In this document: piece by piece, positions 1 through 12,590 of the stretch
Position numbering within the stretch: position 1 is the stretch's first letter
Layout of the letters: the number at the start of each line of letters is the position of its first letter
DNA from: Lama glama
Taxonomy: Eukaryota
Direction of reading: 5' to 3'
NCBI GenBank assembly: GCA_028534125.1
Contig: CM052844.1
Location: forward strand, 248,001-312,000
Length of the DNA stretch: 64,000 bases
Translations under genes and position numbers: made by a program
The notes under the pieces: model-generated
The model's input: only the letters and a program-made list of their open reading frames with translations
The model's database searches: none
Told to the model about the DNA's origin: nothing

Positions 1-229
1 ATTTTACCTCTTCTGGTTCCTTTGCCTTCCCATGTAAGCTTTAGAATAACTTTGTGTTTATCCAAAGTCCCCCCTGGGATTTGGCAGGACGCGTGCCGCA
101 CCTCAAGCTGCCTTCAGCTCCCCTCGCGGCACTCAGGGCCCTGCTGACGGCGCCACACCTGGCTGGTCGCGGCTGCCCTGGCTTCTCGGCGCAGTGATGG
201 CTTACTTTACTGCTGTGTCATGTCCCTTT

Positions 230-1900
230 CTGGCCTGGTAGTCCTGTTTGCCCCAGTCTACTTTATCAGATACAAAGCTGCCACTCCGACTATCTTTTGA
301 TTGACGTTTGCATGATACATCTTTATCTTTTCACTTTCAATCTGCTTCTGTTGTTAAATTTGAAGTGACTTTCTTGAAGACAACATATAATTGGGTCACA
401 TTCTTCAACCTCTCTGTCAGTTTCTGCCATTTAATTGGTATTTGTTCACACCATTTATACCTAAGGTAATTATTGCTACATAATAGAATGATTGATAACG
501 TAATAATGTAATTATTGATAAAATCTCCCACTTTATTTTTTGTTTTCTGTTCTTCCTTTCTGTTTTACTTTCCTTGTCTCCCTGTGGATTGCGTGAACGT
601 GTTTTAGAGTCTATGCTGACCCGTCTAGAGCATTTCTGAGTGATTTTAGCAGTTGCTTCAGGTGTTGCGTCACACGTCTGCGTCGCACCACAGGTACTGG
701 TGGTGTTAGTTCACCAGTTCAGGGGAGACCCAGCTTTCCTTTCCATGCCTACACCAGACGCTGCTTATAACTGTCTTAAATAATTCGTCTTCCTGCCTTT
801 AGCGTCACGTCAGGGAGTGCTGTAATTTTGGTTCCCACCATCAAATGTAATTTAGAAAACTCAAGAGGAAAAGCAAGCTCCGTTTACTCCCGTTTTGCTC
901 ACGATGTTCCTCCTCCCTGATGCCTCGAGCTTCCCCCTTGTACCTTGTCTTCAGGGAACTTCCAGTTAGCCGATACTCAGGAGCAGGTCTGCAGCTGATA
1001 AATTTTCTCAGTTTTCCTTCATCTGAGAATGTCTTGATTTCACCTTCATTCCTGAAGGGTATTTTTGCTGCCCGTAAGACTGAGTTGATAGTTCTTCTCT
1101 TTCAGCACTTGGGAAACGTTTCGCCTCCTTCTGGGGTCCACGGTTTCTGATGGGAAAGCCACTGTCTGAGTTGTTTTCCCTGTAGGTAAGGAGTCTCTTC
1201 TCTCTCGTGGCTTCAGCATGTTAAGCTTCTCTTCAGTTTTCAGAGGTTTGACTATGATGTGTCTTGGCTTGGATTTTTTGGCTTATACTATTTGGGATTC
1301 ATTCACTTCTTGAATCTATAGACCTACTGTCTTTTGCCAGAAGTTTTAAGTCATTATTTCTTCATAAATCTTCATTCTTGCCACCTTCCTCCTCTCCTCC
1401 CGGACTCAGAGGCATGCGTGCAGGTCGCGGTGCGGCCCACGGTTCCCGAGGCTCTGTTCGTCTTTCAGTCTAGTTCCTCTCCGTGTCCAGGCTGGGCAGC
1501 GTCTGTGTCCGACCCTCCAGCTCACGGACTCTTCCATCCGTCCCTCCATCTGCTGCTCATTCCATCCACTGAGGTTTCAATTTCATTTTCACACTTCTCA
1601 GCTCTAAAGCTTGCAGGTCGTTCTCATTTACGTCTTCTATTCCTTCACTGAGACTTTCCAGTTCTTTGCTAAGATGCTCTATTTTTCTATTTGCCTGAAG
1701 TCTGTTTGTAATTGCTTAACGAAGTATTTTTGCAATGGCTGCTCTAAAACTCCTTTGCTGAATAATTCTAATCTCTCTTGTCATCTCAGTGTTCTTGTCA
1801 GTGGTGGTCCACTTCCATTTGGTTTGAAATCTTCCTGGTTCTCGGTATGATGACTGATTTCATAACAAAATCTGGACATTCTGGGTATTGTGTTAGGAGG
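230..1900 (-). mobile_element. Old LINE-1 (L1M-type) fragment: ORF1 C-terminus, inter-ORF, ORF2 endonuclease start
   Basis: Minus translation DPIICCLQESHFK...RLKVK...SDKVD (L1 EN) at about 250-400; SETVDPRRRRNVSQVLKEKNYQ (ORF1) at about 1080-1180. Confidence 0.85.
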
Positions 1901-4739
1901 CATATCTGAACCTCCTGTTGGCTTCCTCTGCCACTGATAGAGCAGGTGAGGAAGGTGCTTCACCTCACACTGGGCGGCTTCCCCACCTGGACTCTGTTGA
2001 CCCTCCAGGAGGGCACTTTTCATCATTGGTGGGGAGGGGTGGGGGTTCCTTCCCCAGTCTCCACTGACGACAGCCCAGCGGGAGAGGGGACAGGACACAG
2101 GCTCTCTGGGGCCCAAGTTCATGGTTTTGCTGCCAGCCAGAGTCTTCCACTCAGTGCTGCTCACAGCCACGTCTCCCCCTCCCTCTGTCTCTGTCTCTGT
2201 CTCTGTCTCACCCTCCTCCCCAGTGCAGCCTTGGGCTCCAGGGAGCCATCCTGTGGGGACATGTGTCTAAGGTGCCCAGCCCTCGTGAAGGTCAGCTCAC
2301 CCCTCTGGTTCTTTCTCCGAAGCCCCATCGTCCTCCCGACTGTGTGTTAACCTCTGAGGAAGGCCCTGGTTTTCAGGTGTCTTCATTGAAACTCTTTAAG
2401 CGACTGTTTAATTCAGAGACGCCTGTTCTCCCCGTGGGCAGCAGGGCCCTCTTACCTTCGGCCGGTGTCCTCGCGTCGGGGCTCATCCCAGGGGGCCCTT
2501 TTCAGCCACTGCTGTCTCACGAGCCCTCTGCTGGTGCGTCTCCAAGCCCTGGAACAACATGTCAACCCCTCTTTAGGGCACGGCTTTTTGACCTTGCTTG
2601 GGTCGTGGACTCAGAGGATCAGGAAATAATTCATCTCCTCATACAATGCACAGCCAGGCTGGGGTTCCGTGGCCCCCCGAAATCTGCTGTGGCCACATGG
2701 ACCACAGTCCCAGGTGGAGCACTTCCCTTCCCCGGGGGCGTTTCTGGTTATTCCAGTTACCAAATAAATGACCTTGCAATGGTGACTGTACTTTTCCCAA
2801 ACAAATCACAGTGCCCTTAGCACAGACTCTAAGGGCAGGGTTTTGACAAGACAAATGGAAACAGGATAGCTTTTCAGAAAAGCTCCTCTTTCCTGTCTCC
2901 TCTCTGCCTCTCATCAGTGAATCAGGCGCTCGGGGTGTCACCCTGAAATGTGAGAACAACGGCCTCAAGGGTCCAACTAGAGGTCCCCACACACAGTCTC
3001 CTGTTTTGGGGAGAAAGGAGTCTTTCTGGAGGCCACTCTGTGTCCTGTGTTCTCACCCACCTCCCTAATGACTCCTTGTCCCCGTGGGCTCATCCTAATT
3101 GGCCCAGAACGACTCGTAGACACAGAAAGCCCCCCAGCACAGCCCACCCCTCAGGCTCCCGCCTGGACGGGGGGCTCCACCGTGCACCCTGCCCCACAGT
3201 GGCCTTTCCTGGATGGTCAAGCAGCGTCCCTTTGGAGCCCCCCTCCCTGTGCTTTGCCTGTCTGGGGCCCACTCGGGGCTCCTTCTGCCCCCCTGCCCCC
3301 TCCAGACCCGACCCCTCCTGGACACCTGCCAGCAACGCCCTCGCCCGCCCTTTTTTCCCTCCCCCAAGGCAGCTGCCCTCTGAGTCCACGGAGCCCAGGA
3401 GTCTCTGTGGCTCAGGCCACCGGTCCCGCCCTCGGCTGCCTGGAGCCCAGCTGACTCCATGTGCACCATGGCCCTACAGGTGACTGCACTGCTGGGCTCA
3501 CTCTGGCCCTGGACTTCGTTCCACGATTCATGGGGCACAGCCATTCCAGGGGCGGCCTGGGTCCCCTCAGCCACTGTCGGTCAGAGTCTGCAGACTCCAC
3601 AGGCACCCCCATGGGGACCCAAGCACCTTTCCGCCTGTGTGCCTATGAGTTCTCGGAAGACTACTATGTTCCCGCACAACTGTAGCTGCTAATTCTGTTT
3701 CAGTGTACAGGTAAGAGGATTATAATTAGTACATTCATGTGCAAATGTCTGTTAAATCCGTCCTTTTCTCTGAAATAGCTATTCACATAAGTACTTTAGC
3801 TTCTGGAGCCCAGAGGAGAGAGACTCCCATCCACACTCCCTCTCTGTTAAGGCGCCTGGGGCTGTGGGGGCTGGAGTCGCCCCTTGCTCACTTCGGGGCC
3901 TGTGGTCTGGAGGGATGGAGGTCCGGGAAGGGGTGGTACGCCCCGGGACACCTGTCTTTCTCTGCAGAGTTTCCCAAACCCATCCTGAGTGTCTCTCACC
4001 TCCGACAACTGGAGGCAGTGGATGGGCCCCCAGCATGTCAAGGGACCCCAAGGCTTGGGGGGTTTCTAAACCCACATAAGAAAGCTCTTTGATGACCTGA
4101 ATAGTTCTTAAGACTGAGAAGTTTGACAGCCGCTGCCCTAAGCTACCGAGTCCCCTGCTCTGCATGGCTGGTGGGGTCCTGAGCCCTTGCTGGGCCTGGG
4201 GGGCATCCTGGCCTAAGAGGCTGTAGCTCTGGTCCAGCCAGGCCCTGGATGCTGACCGTGGAGCAGATGTTTTTACCGGACAAGCTACTGAAACCATGGG
4301 GAACATAAAGGAGATGGTTTGAAGTTCTCGCGGATCCCAGCCGCCCCTTCCCCCCTCTGCCCATCCCCACGTCCTGCATGAGCCGGTGCCCCTGCACCCA
4401 AGAGTAGGTGGGCTGCAGCCTCTCCACGTCCCTGTGGACTCCCCCGTGGCCTTAAGTGAGGGTCCCCAGGCTGGTCCCCAGAAGGAGGCCCGAGGCTTCC
4501 ACCGTGTCCTCATAAAAGACCAGCAGAGGCCACCCCCACGGACCCAGTGAGAGCCTGCAGCCTCCTCGCAAACACCGAAGAGGAAATCTGAGTTCCCTGA
4601 GCAGAAAGTGAGCGTAAGCCAAAGCCAAGCCTCCAAATAGCTGAACTTCCACTTTTCAGTCATGATGATTCCTAATTGGTAATTTCTTTTTCAAATCAAT
4701 TGTATTAAACAAGTGATTACTCATTCCTATACCTTCTGC

Positions 4740-6550
4740 AACAGAAAATAATGCATTTAATTTAACTTTGATATTATTCAACATTATGCTGGAAGCATCA
4801 ACTAATGCAATTAGGCAACAAAAATCAATTAACCCCACAGTGTGGGCAAAGAGGTAGTAAAACCATGTGTCCTTGGAAAAACTCAAGAGTCAGCAATAAA
4901 ACTTTTACTCGCTAAGCAGAAGAATTCAGCAAAGTAGCTACAAAAGAACAGCCTTTCTATGTACAGACAATACACGGAGGATGTGAGGATGGACAAGTTT
5001 ATTTATCGGCAACAAAAAGGAACGCATTCCATGAGGAACCTGTACAATTTTTACAAGGAAAATTTTAAAGCACTCTGGAAACACAAAAGTAGAATTGAGC
5101 AAAAGGACAGCAGTCCCCTGTTCTTGGATAGCATAACTCAACATTATAAAGGCGTTTTTCTCCCAAAGGTAATTTATAGACTCAATTCACCCTCAGTGGA
5201 AAAGAGCAAGCTGTTTCATGGAGTGAAGCACGTTAACACTAATGTTCGTTTGTGCAGGAACAGCCAGGAGCACCTCGCGACGGAAAAGCTAGGAGGAGAA
5301 AGCTCAGATGTAAAGAACTGTTACAAACGGGGGCAAAGGACCAAAGACCCCGCAGAGAAACGGGAGAAACACCACGAACATGTATTTTTAATAAAAAAGA
5401 GATTAAAATGGCCCTCCAGCGTATGGGGACAATGTTCAAGCACACTCACGATCAGAGAAGTGCGAGTCAGAACAACTCTGAGACGTCACTTCTCATCCAC
5501 GAGCCCAGAGAAAGCCGCAGACCCAGCAACGCGAGCGTCGGCCCGGCGGGAGGAGGCCACGCCCACCTGGGGGCCTGCGCGGGGGCCCGGCGCCACGCAG
5601 CCTGCGCCTGCGCGCTGTGCGGCTGCCGTCCCACCGCGCGGAGTCAGCCCTGAAGAAAGGAAGGTTCACGTGCAGCAGCCTTGGCCACCACCAGACACAG
5701 GAACTGCCGACTGCCTGGGCAGAGGGGAGTCACTGGATGGACACGGTGGGCCACACAGTGGAGCGGTTGCCAGGGTGGTTGTTCAAAGGCACAGCCAGGG
5801 TGCGCCCTCCCCGGTGGGACGGGTGCGCCCTCCCCGGTGGGACGGGTGCGCCCTCCCCGGTGGGACGGGTGCGCCCTCCCCGGTGGGACGGGTGCGCCCT
5901 CCCCGGTGGGACGGGTGGCACACAGGGACACACAGGTGTCTGCCTGATGGTGACAAGATGTCGGGAAGGAGAAACCGGAGACCTCGGAGATGGTCCCCTA
6001 CCTGGCAGGCAGGGAGGAAGGGGGCGGAGCTGGGACGAGGAGGAGTCCTCCCGGGCACCTTTCCGCGTGGCTGTGGCTCTCACACCCAGAGTTCCTGCCA
6101 AAGAAACCAAAATGCTGACGGGGCAGAGAGCCATGCGCTGTGCACGTAACACGTACCAGCCTCCCGGGGTGCGGGGCAGAACCAGCCTGAGAAGCTGGGG
6201 ACCCGTCTGACAGCAGAGCTGAGCTGTGTCAAGCTGGTAATTCCCACAGGCTGAGCACATCCTTCTGAAGTGTCAGCACCTCGCGAGGCAAAGGAAAACT
6301 GGAGGTCTCCTGCGCACTGCGGAGACCAGGAGAAACAGAAAGCGGATGTGGGGTAGGCTCCGAATCGCGTCCTGGAGGGTGACCGTGGGGGGAGACTGGT
6401 GACATCGGAGTCGGGCTCCAACCGCGTCAATGCATCAGACCAACGCAAGATGTTAACGCGAAGGGAAGCCGGGTGGGTCACAGGAAAACTCGGTGCTGAT
6501 TTTGCAGCTTCCCTGCAAGTTTAAAATAGCTCAAATAAAAAGCTTTTTAA
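4740..6550 (+). mobile_element. Degraded LINE-1 ORF2 and 3' end (L1MC/L1ME-like), interrupted by a VNTR
   Basis: LFNIMLEASTNAIRQQKSI (RT region); CSSTLTIREVRVRTTLRRHFS (ORF2 C-term); 3' end ttttgcagcttccctgcaagttttaaaatagctcaaataaaa. Confidence 0.75.
5798..5917 (+). repeat. 23-bp VNTR, 5.2 perfect copies (GGGTGCGCCCTCCCCGGTGGGAC)
   Basis: Units start at 5798, 5821, 5844, 5867, 5890. Confidence 0.97.
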
Positions 6551-6719
6551 AATCTAACTTTTCCTGCTTAAGCCCTGAGGCACTGGAATGAAAAACTCCT
6601 GAGTTGAACTTGACAAGTTTTCCTGACGCCTTTACACAACCCTCTCCCAGGTCAAGTATTTGTGCTGGGACTTCCTCAAAAGCAAAGCCTACCAGAATGC
6701 TCAGCCCACTCCTAGGGTG

Positions 6720-8160
6720 GCCTATCAAATCCTAGCAATGTTCTTTGCAGAAGTGAAAAAAGCCATCCCCAAATCTTATGGAATGCCAGAGACTCTTAAT
6801 AGCCAAAACAATCCTATAAAAGAACAACAAATACGGAGGGCTCACCCTTCCCAGTTTCAAAACACACTACAAAACTACAGGAATTAACAGTGTGGTCCTG
6901 CACGTGGACAGACACACGGGTCCACAGGACGTAGCTGACGGCCCAGAAACAAACTCACGTCTGGTGCTGAGACCACTCAACATGGAAAGGACAGTCTTGT
7001 CAACAGATGGCGTTGGGAACGCTGGACACCCACATGCACGAGGATGAACCTGACCCCCAGCTCACACCACATACGGCACCTACTCAAAAGGGACCCATGA
7101 TCTAAGCCTCAGAGCTAAAACGATACAACTTAGGGGAAAAACGTGGTCAAAGCTTCACAACCCTGGACTGCGATGCTTAAACATGACACCAAAAACACAC
7201 ACGACGGAATTTAAAAATAGATCAACTGGACTTGATTAAAATTGGATTTCTGTACCTTGAGAGACACTGTCAGCAGAGTGAAAAGACATCCCACAGGACA
7301 GAAGGAAAATCTGCAAATCACAGGTCTGATAAGGGTTTAACATCGAGAATGTATAAAAAGCTCCTGCCACTAAACAACAAAAAGGAAAACAACCCTGTTT
7401 AGAAATCAACAAAGAACTTGAACAGACATCTCTCCACCAAAGGCAAACAAATGGTCAAAATGCCCACAAGAAGATGCCCCGCATGACGAGTCACCCGGGA
7501 AACACCAGCCAGGGCCCTGAGGCCGCAGGTCACAGGAGGCAGACGACAGCCGCGGCAAGGGCGCCGGGTGCCCAGCGCCTCCAACGTGCAGCCTCTGGGG
7601 AAAGTTTGATGGTCCCTCAAAAAAGCAAACAGAATTACCACAGGACCCGGCCATCCCACTCCTGCGTATAAACCAGAATAACTGAAAGCAGGGATTCCAG
7701 TAAGTGCATGGAAGCCAGTGCTCACAGCAGCACCTTCACGAGCTGGAAGGTGGGGCCACCCTCAGGTGGTGATGAACTCGCGGTGGTCCATCCACACTGC
7801 GGGATGTTTTCAGTCACAGAAAGAAAAGCAGCACTGATACCTGCCGCACCGCCGACACCTGCCGCGCCGCCGACACCTGCCGCGCCGCCGATGGACATGC
7901 TGCGCCACGTGAAGTAAGCCGGTCACAAGAGGGCCGGTGCTGCATGTGGCATCCAGTCAGCAGAAAGCAGACTGAAGGTACCAGGGCTGGGGGAGGGGGG
8001 CAGGGAGTTACTGCCTCGTGGGGACAGGGTTTCTGTTTGGGGTGATGACAGTGTTTTGCAAGCAGTGGTGGTGGCTGCACACGTGGTGAGTGTAGTTGAT
8101 GCCACAATCGCACAGGTCAAGGTGGTGTGAATGGCCAGCTGCGTGTTTTACGTGGTGGAC
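6720..8160 (+). mobile_element. LINE-1 ORF2 3' part and 3'UTR (L1MB-like)
   Basis: aatagccaaaacaatcct...ctcacccttcccagtttcaaaacacactacaaaactacag; ggggacagggtttctgtttggggtgatga 3'UTR. Confidence 0.85.
7837..7890 (+). repeat. 18-bp tandem repeat x3 (ACACCTGCCGCGCCGCCG) inside L1
   Basis: Direct reading; appears as PAAPPT x3 in ORF 7708..7917. Confidence 0.9.
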
Positions 8161-9719
8161 AGCCTCTAGCTCTGGCCTCAAGCTCTGGCCGGGGCTGAGC
8201 TCTGAGCCCATCTGTAAAGTGCAGCTCACGCAGAGACTCCTGTGATGCAGCCCAAGCAGAGCAGATGCCCATGTAGACTGAGTGCCCAGTGCAGCACCCG
8301 GTGTGGACAGTGAGGGCACGGGGGGCTGCTCGGAGGAGCCCTCCCTGTCAGCTCCCAGTGCTGTGACTGGAGCCCCAGCTGCACCTGAACGGCCATCTGG
8401 AAGACTCCCAGGAGAGTGAGGTCGAGTGCCCTGCCCTGGGGAGATGCCTGGAGAGCCAGGTGCTGGCGAAATAGCTGCCCCTGCAGCCATCGGCTGGCGG
8501 GGTGCTGGGGTCATCTCCCCATCACCCTCTGCAGGCTGCTCCCATGGCTGGCACTGGCGGCCCGTGGAATGGCCCCTCGCTGGTCACACAGGACCAAGGG
8601 GATCTCATCCCCACGCCCTCCTCGGCCGTCGCAGTGACTTCTCTGCTCTTCTCATTTTGCGTCTTTCATCGCTTGAGCGTTTGCAGGCACCTGACTTTCT
8701 CACCCGACACACTCCCCGGCCAGGCGCCGGGCTGGGCCCTGGGTCTGAGGGGCTGGCCTGTGAGTCATCGGTGATTCCAGCAGCCCGGCCGGACCACTTC
8801 GCAGCCGTCTGGGGCTGTTCTGCAAGGCAGGGCTGCAGAGGCCCTCCTCTGTGAGGTGGGAGCGCCCCACCCTGAAAGCGGCTTCCAGATGCTTCTTCCG
8901 GGAAGTTGCTCTGTCTTGGGGCCAGAGGCTCTGGCAGGTGGGCTGGGCCTTGAACACACAGAGCTGGGGCAGCATCGCACGTCTCCCCGAGGTGCTGCAC
9001 TTAGTCGCTGCCGAAAGCACACTCCATCTTGTAATTAGGGCCCCGAGGAGATGCCTGCACACAGCCTCCAAGTAATTCGTGTGGGGGCTGCTGTGACTTC
9101 AGGCTTCAGGAAAAAATATTTTTAGAAGAAATGCTGTTTCCTGTCAGCAATATGAAGTCTTTTTTCCTCTTCTCCTTTATCTACAGCTGCTACAGATAAA
9201 CACAGGTCAAAATAAGTAAAACCTGACAGCCTGCTCCTGCAAAGTCATGAGGACCCTGCGGCAGGGGGTGACCTGCTGCCCCTGCCCCTCGTCAAGGGGC
9301 CTCCTGTCAGCCAAGGGAGAGCCCTTCCCAGGAACATCCGTGTCAGCTGCCTCTTCTCCTCCAGGAGTCAGTCCCACGGGTGCAGGGGCACCAGCAGCAG
9401 GAGAGATCCCAGTCACTGACCTTCACCGGACAGGGCTCACGGGGCCACAGCTGGACCAGAGGCAGAGGGGCTCCACCCACAGTTAGCGCCCAGAGGCCCT
9501 CCAGGCAGAGCAGTGGGAGGGAGGCTCGGCAGCAGGACCCCGGGAAGGGGGAGGGTGTGGGAGCAGGAAAGGGGACAGTGCCTGAAAGGGCTGCTGGTGT
9601 GGCCCCTGCTTTACACGCTGGGCTGCATCAAGGCCCGGGCCATTGTAAATGGAAGATGAGCATTAAAGGGAACAAAACACGTAGGAATCACCCACTCAAG
9701 GGGAGTCAGGCCCATCTCT

Positions 9720-10860
9720 GAGAACCACAACGGTTGCTTGAAAGAAACAAATGAAGGCACACAGAATTAGAATTGTCCCCACGTCCATGGACGGGAAGAC
9801 AGAATTACTACGAAGTCTACACCAATCATGTCCTCTTGCAGGTTCAGTCTCGATGAAAATCCCAACATTTTGTGCAGAAATAGAAAAATCCATCCTAAAG
9901 TTTATCCGGAAACTCGGGGNNNNNNNNNNNNNNNNNNNNNNNNNNNNNNNNNNNNNNNNNNNNNNNNNNNNNNNNNNNNNNNNNNNNNNNNNNNNNNNNN
10001 NNNNNNNNNNNNNNNNNNNNNNNNNNNNNNNNNNNNNNNNNNNNNNNNNNNNATGGGAGAGAATCAAGAGTCCAGGAAAGCACCCCTCAGCTACATGGTT
10101 AAACGGATGCCAGGACCGCTCAGTGTGGAAGGCTGCTTTTTCAACAGATGGTCTTGGGAAAACTGGGTATCCACATACCAAAAAAACCCCAAAAAACAAA
10201 CAACAGAAAACAGCTGTACCCTTATCTTACACCATGTAAAAACAATTAATATGGATCGAAGACCTAAATATAAGTGCTAAAACCGTAAACTCTTAGAAGA
10301 AAACAGGACAGAAGCTTCATGACATTGAAATTGGTAATGATTTCTTGGCTATGGCACCAAAAGCACAAGTAACAAAACAAAAAGTAGATTAACTGAATTT
10401 CATCAGCACTAAATAATTCTGTTCACCAAAGAACGCAATCAGTGGAGTGGAAAGGCAGCACACAGATCAGATCACAGGGAGAAAATATTCTCCAACCATG
10501 TATCTGATTGAGGATCAGTATCCAGGATACATAGAGAACTCCCACAACTCAGCAACCACACCAGAAACGCATGTGGAGTGATAGAAGCCAGTCACAAAAG
10601 GAAAATGCTGTGTGAGGTCCCAGAGGAGTGAAATTCAGAGACAGAAAGTAGGACGGTGGGGGCCAGGGGCTGGGGGAGGGTGTGGGGAGTCAGTGTTTAA
10701 CGGGGACAGAGTTTCAACTGGGGAAGATGAAACAGTTCTGGAGACAGAGGATGGCGATGGTTGCACAATTCAAATGTATCTAATGTCACTAAACTGTACA
10801 CTTAAGAATGGTTAGAATGGGAAATTTTATGTTATGTATAGTTTACTGCAATGAAATAAT
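9720..10860 (+). mobile_element. LINE-1 ORF2 3' part and L1MB-like 3' end, containing the assembly gap
   Basis: gcagaaatagaaaaatccatcctaaagttt; ggtcttgggaaaactgggtatccacatac; cttaagaatggttagaatgggaaattttatgttatgta. Confidence 0.85.
9920..10052. other. Assembly gap (133 N)
   Basis: Run of N. Confidence 1.
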
Positions 10861-10939
10861 GCTTCCAAAACCATGCAGTTGCTTAGATCTTAACACTGAC
10901 GAGTTTTTCAGAACAGGGATCATGAGGAAAGCATTGTTC

Positions 10940-12270
10940 ATACACCCAGAACATGAAACGCACAGATGAGCTGACTTTCAACAGGGGAGCCAAGACCATC
11001 TGATGGGGAAAGAATAGTGTGTTAAACTAATGGAGCTGAAACAGCTGGATTCAACATGCAAAAGAATGAATGTCCAAAAATGTCCCTCATACAAAATAAT
11101 AACAATAACAATCACTCGCTTTACCAAGAGCCAGGAAAATCAAAACCTGACTGAAAAACGACCATCCGCAGACACTGAGACAAACCAGATGTCGGTGCTA
11201 TCTGACTACTACTCCAAAGGACCCTTCATAAAAGTGCTTCACCAAATGACTATGGGTTTCCTGAAACGAAAAAAAAAAAGAAGAAAAAATTTCAGCAAAG
11301 AAATGTAAGTTATTAAAAGAATACACAAAGGAAAATATGAAAATGAGAAATACAGTAATTGAATTTAAAACTTAGTGCATGGGGTCAAAGATAGAGAGGA
11401 GATAGCAGAGGATAAAATCAGTGAACTTGAGATTACTCAAAACAGAGAAAAAAAGATTGGAAAAAAATGAAGAGAGTCATAGGGGCTATGTGACAACAAC
11501 AAAAATATCAACATTCGTATCATCAAGTCTCAGGAGGAGAGAAGAAAGGGAATGTGGCTGAAAAAGTATTTGGATTAAGAAGGTCTGAAAACCTCTCAAA
11601 TTCGGCAAAAAATATAAACCTACAGATTCAAGAAGCAGAGCAAGAAAACAAGAAAATCTCTAAATGCTTGGAAATCAGGTAACACACACAGAATCACGTC
11701 ATAGAGGAAGACTCAAAGGAAATTTTAATACACAGAGAACTGAAAGAATTGAAAACACAACAGATCAAAACATGTGGGATGCAGCCAAAGCACTGCTGAG
11801 GAAAATTTATAGCACTAAATGCTTACATTAGAAAAGAGGAAGGGTCTCTATATGACGTCATAGCAACAAAGTAACTTACAAAACTGAATTAATTCTTTAA
11901 GAACTCCTAAAAAAGAAATCTCCAGGTCCAGATGGTTTCACTGGAAAATTCTACCAAATATTCAAAAAAAAAAAAGAATTAATCCTACCAACCATTCAAC
12001 AAAAATGAGGGAACACTTTGTAAATCACTTTGAGGTTAGTATTACCTGAAGACCACACTAGACCAAGCACAAAAAAAAAAAAAGAGGAAAAAGAAAACTA
12101 TAGATCAATAACTTTCATGAGCTTAGACACAAAATCCTAAACAAAATATTAGCATGTAGTGATGTGTAAAGTTGCTGGGTCAGGTGAGATTTAGTCCAGG
12201 TATGCAAGTCTGGTTCCACGTCCGAAAGTCAGTCAGTCTAACTCACCGAACCAACAGAGCAGACACGCAG
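10940..12270 (+). mobile_element. LINE-1 fragments (ORF1 and ORF2 pieces with internal deletions)
   Basis: aaacctacagattcaagaagcagagcaa (ORF1); atgtgggatgcagccaaagca...tttatagcactaaatgc and ccaggtccagatggtttcactggaaaattctaccaaatattc (ORF2). Confidence 0.85.
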
Positions 12271-12448
12271 CCACATCACTGGAAGCTCTCCCCGTTACCC
12301 CAGGGCCGGGCCCTGCAGTCGGGCAGGTGTGTGTTAATAAGTTGGGGAACGGACCCAGAGAGGAAGTGTCCCCGAGACCAGTGCACAACCATTTGTTTTT
12401 GGAACTCTGGCTGTTCACGTCTGATTATATGAAGATGAAGTGAAACGG

Positions 12449-12590
12449 ATGCGTGTGTGTGTAGGTGTGTCTAGTAGGTGTGCATGTGTGTGCGCGCACG
12501 TGTGTGTGGAGGTGCATGTGTGTAGGTGTGTACACGTGGGTGTGTCTGGGTGGGTGTGTGCATGTGCACTCATGTGGAGGTGCAGCTGTC
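12449..12590 (+). repeat. Degenerate (TG)n-rich simple repeat
   Basis: gtgtgtgtgtaggtgtgt... Confidence 0.9.

Noticed and set aside
4959-6149. 396-aa + strand ORF, the longest in the window
   Set aside because: Runs through decayed L1 ORF2 and a 23-bp VNTR; openness is explained by GC drift, with no splice or promoter support.
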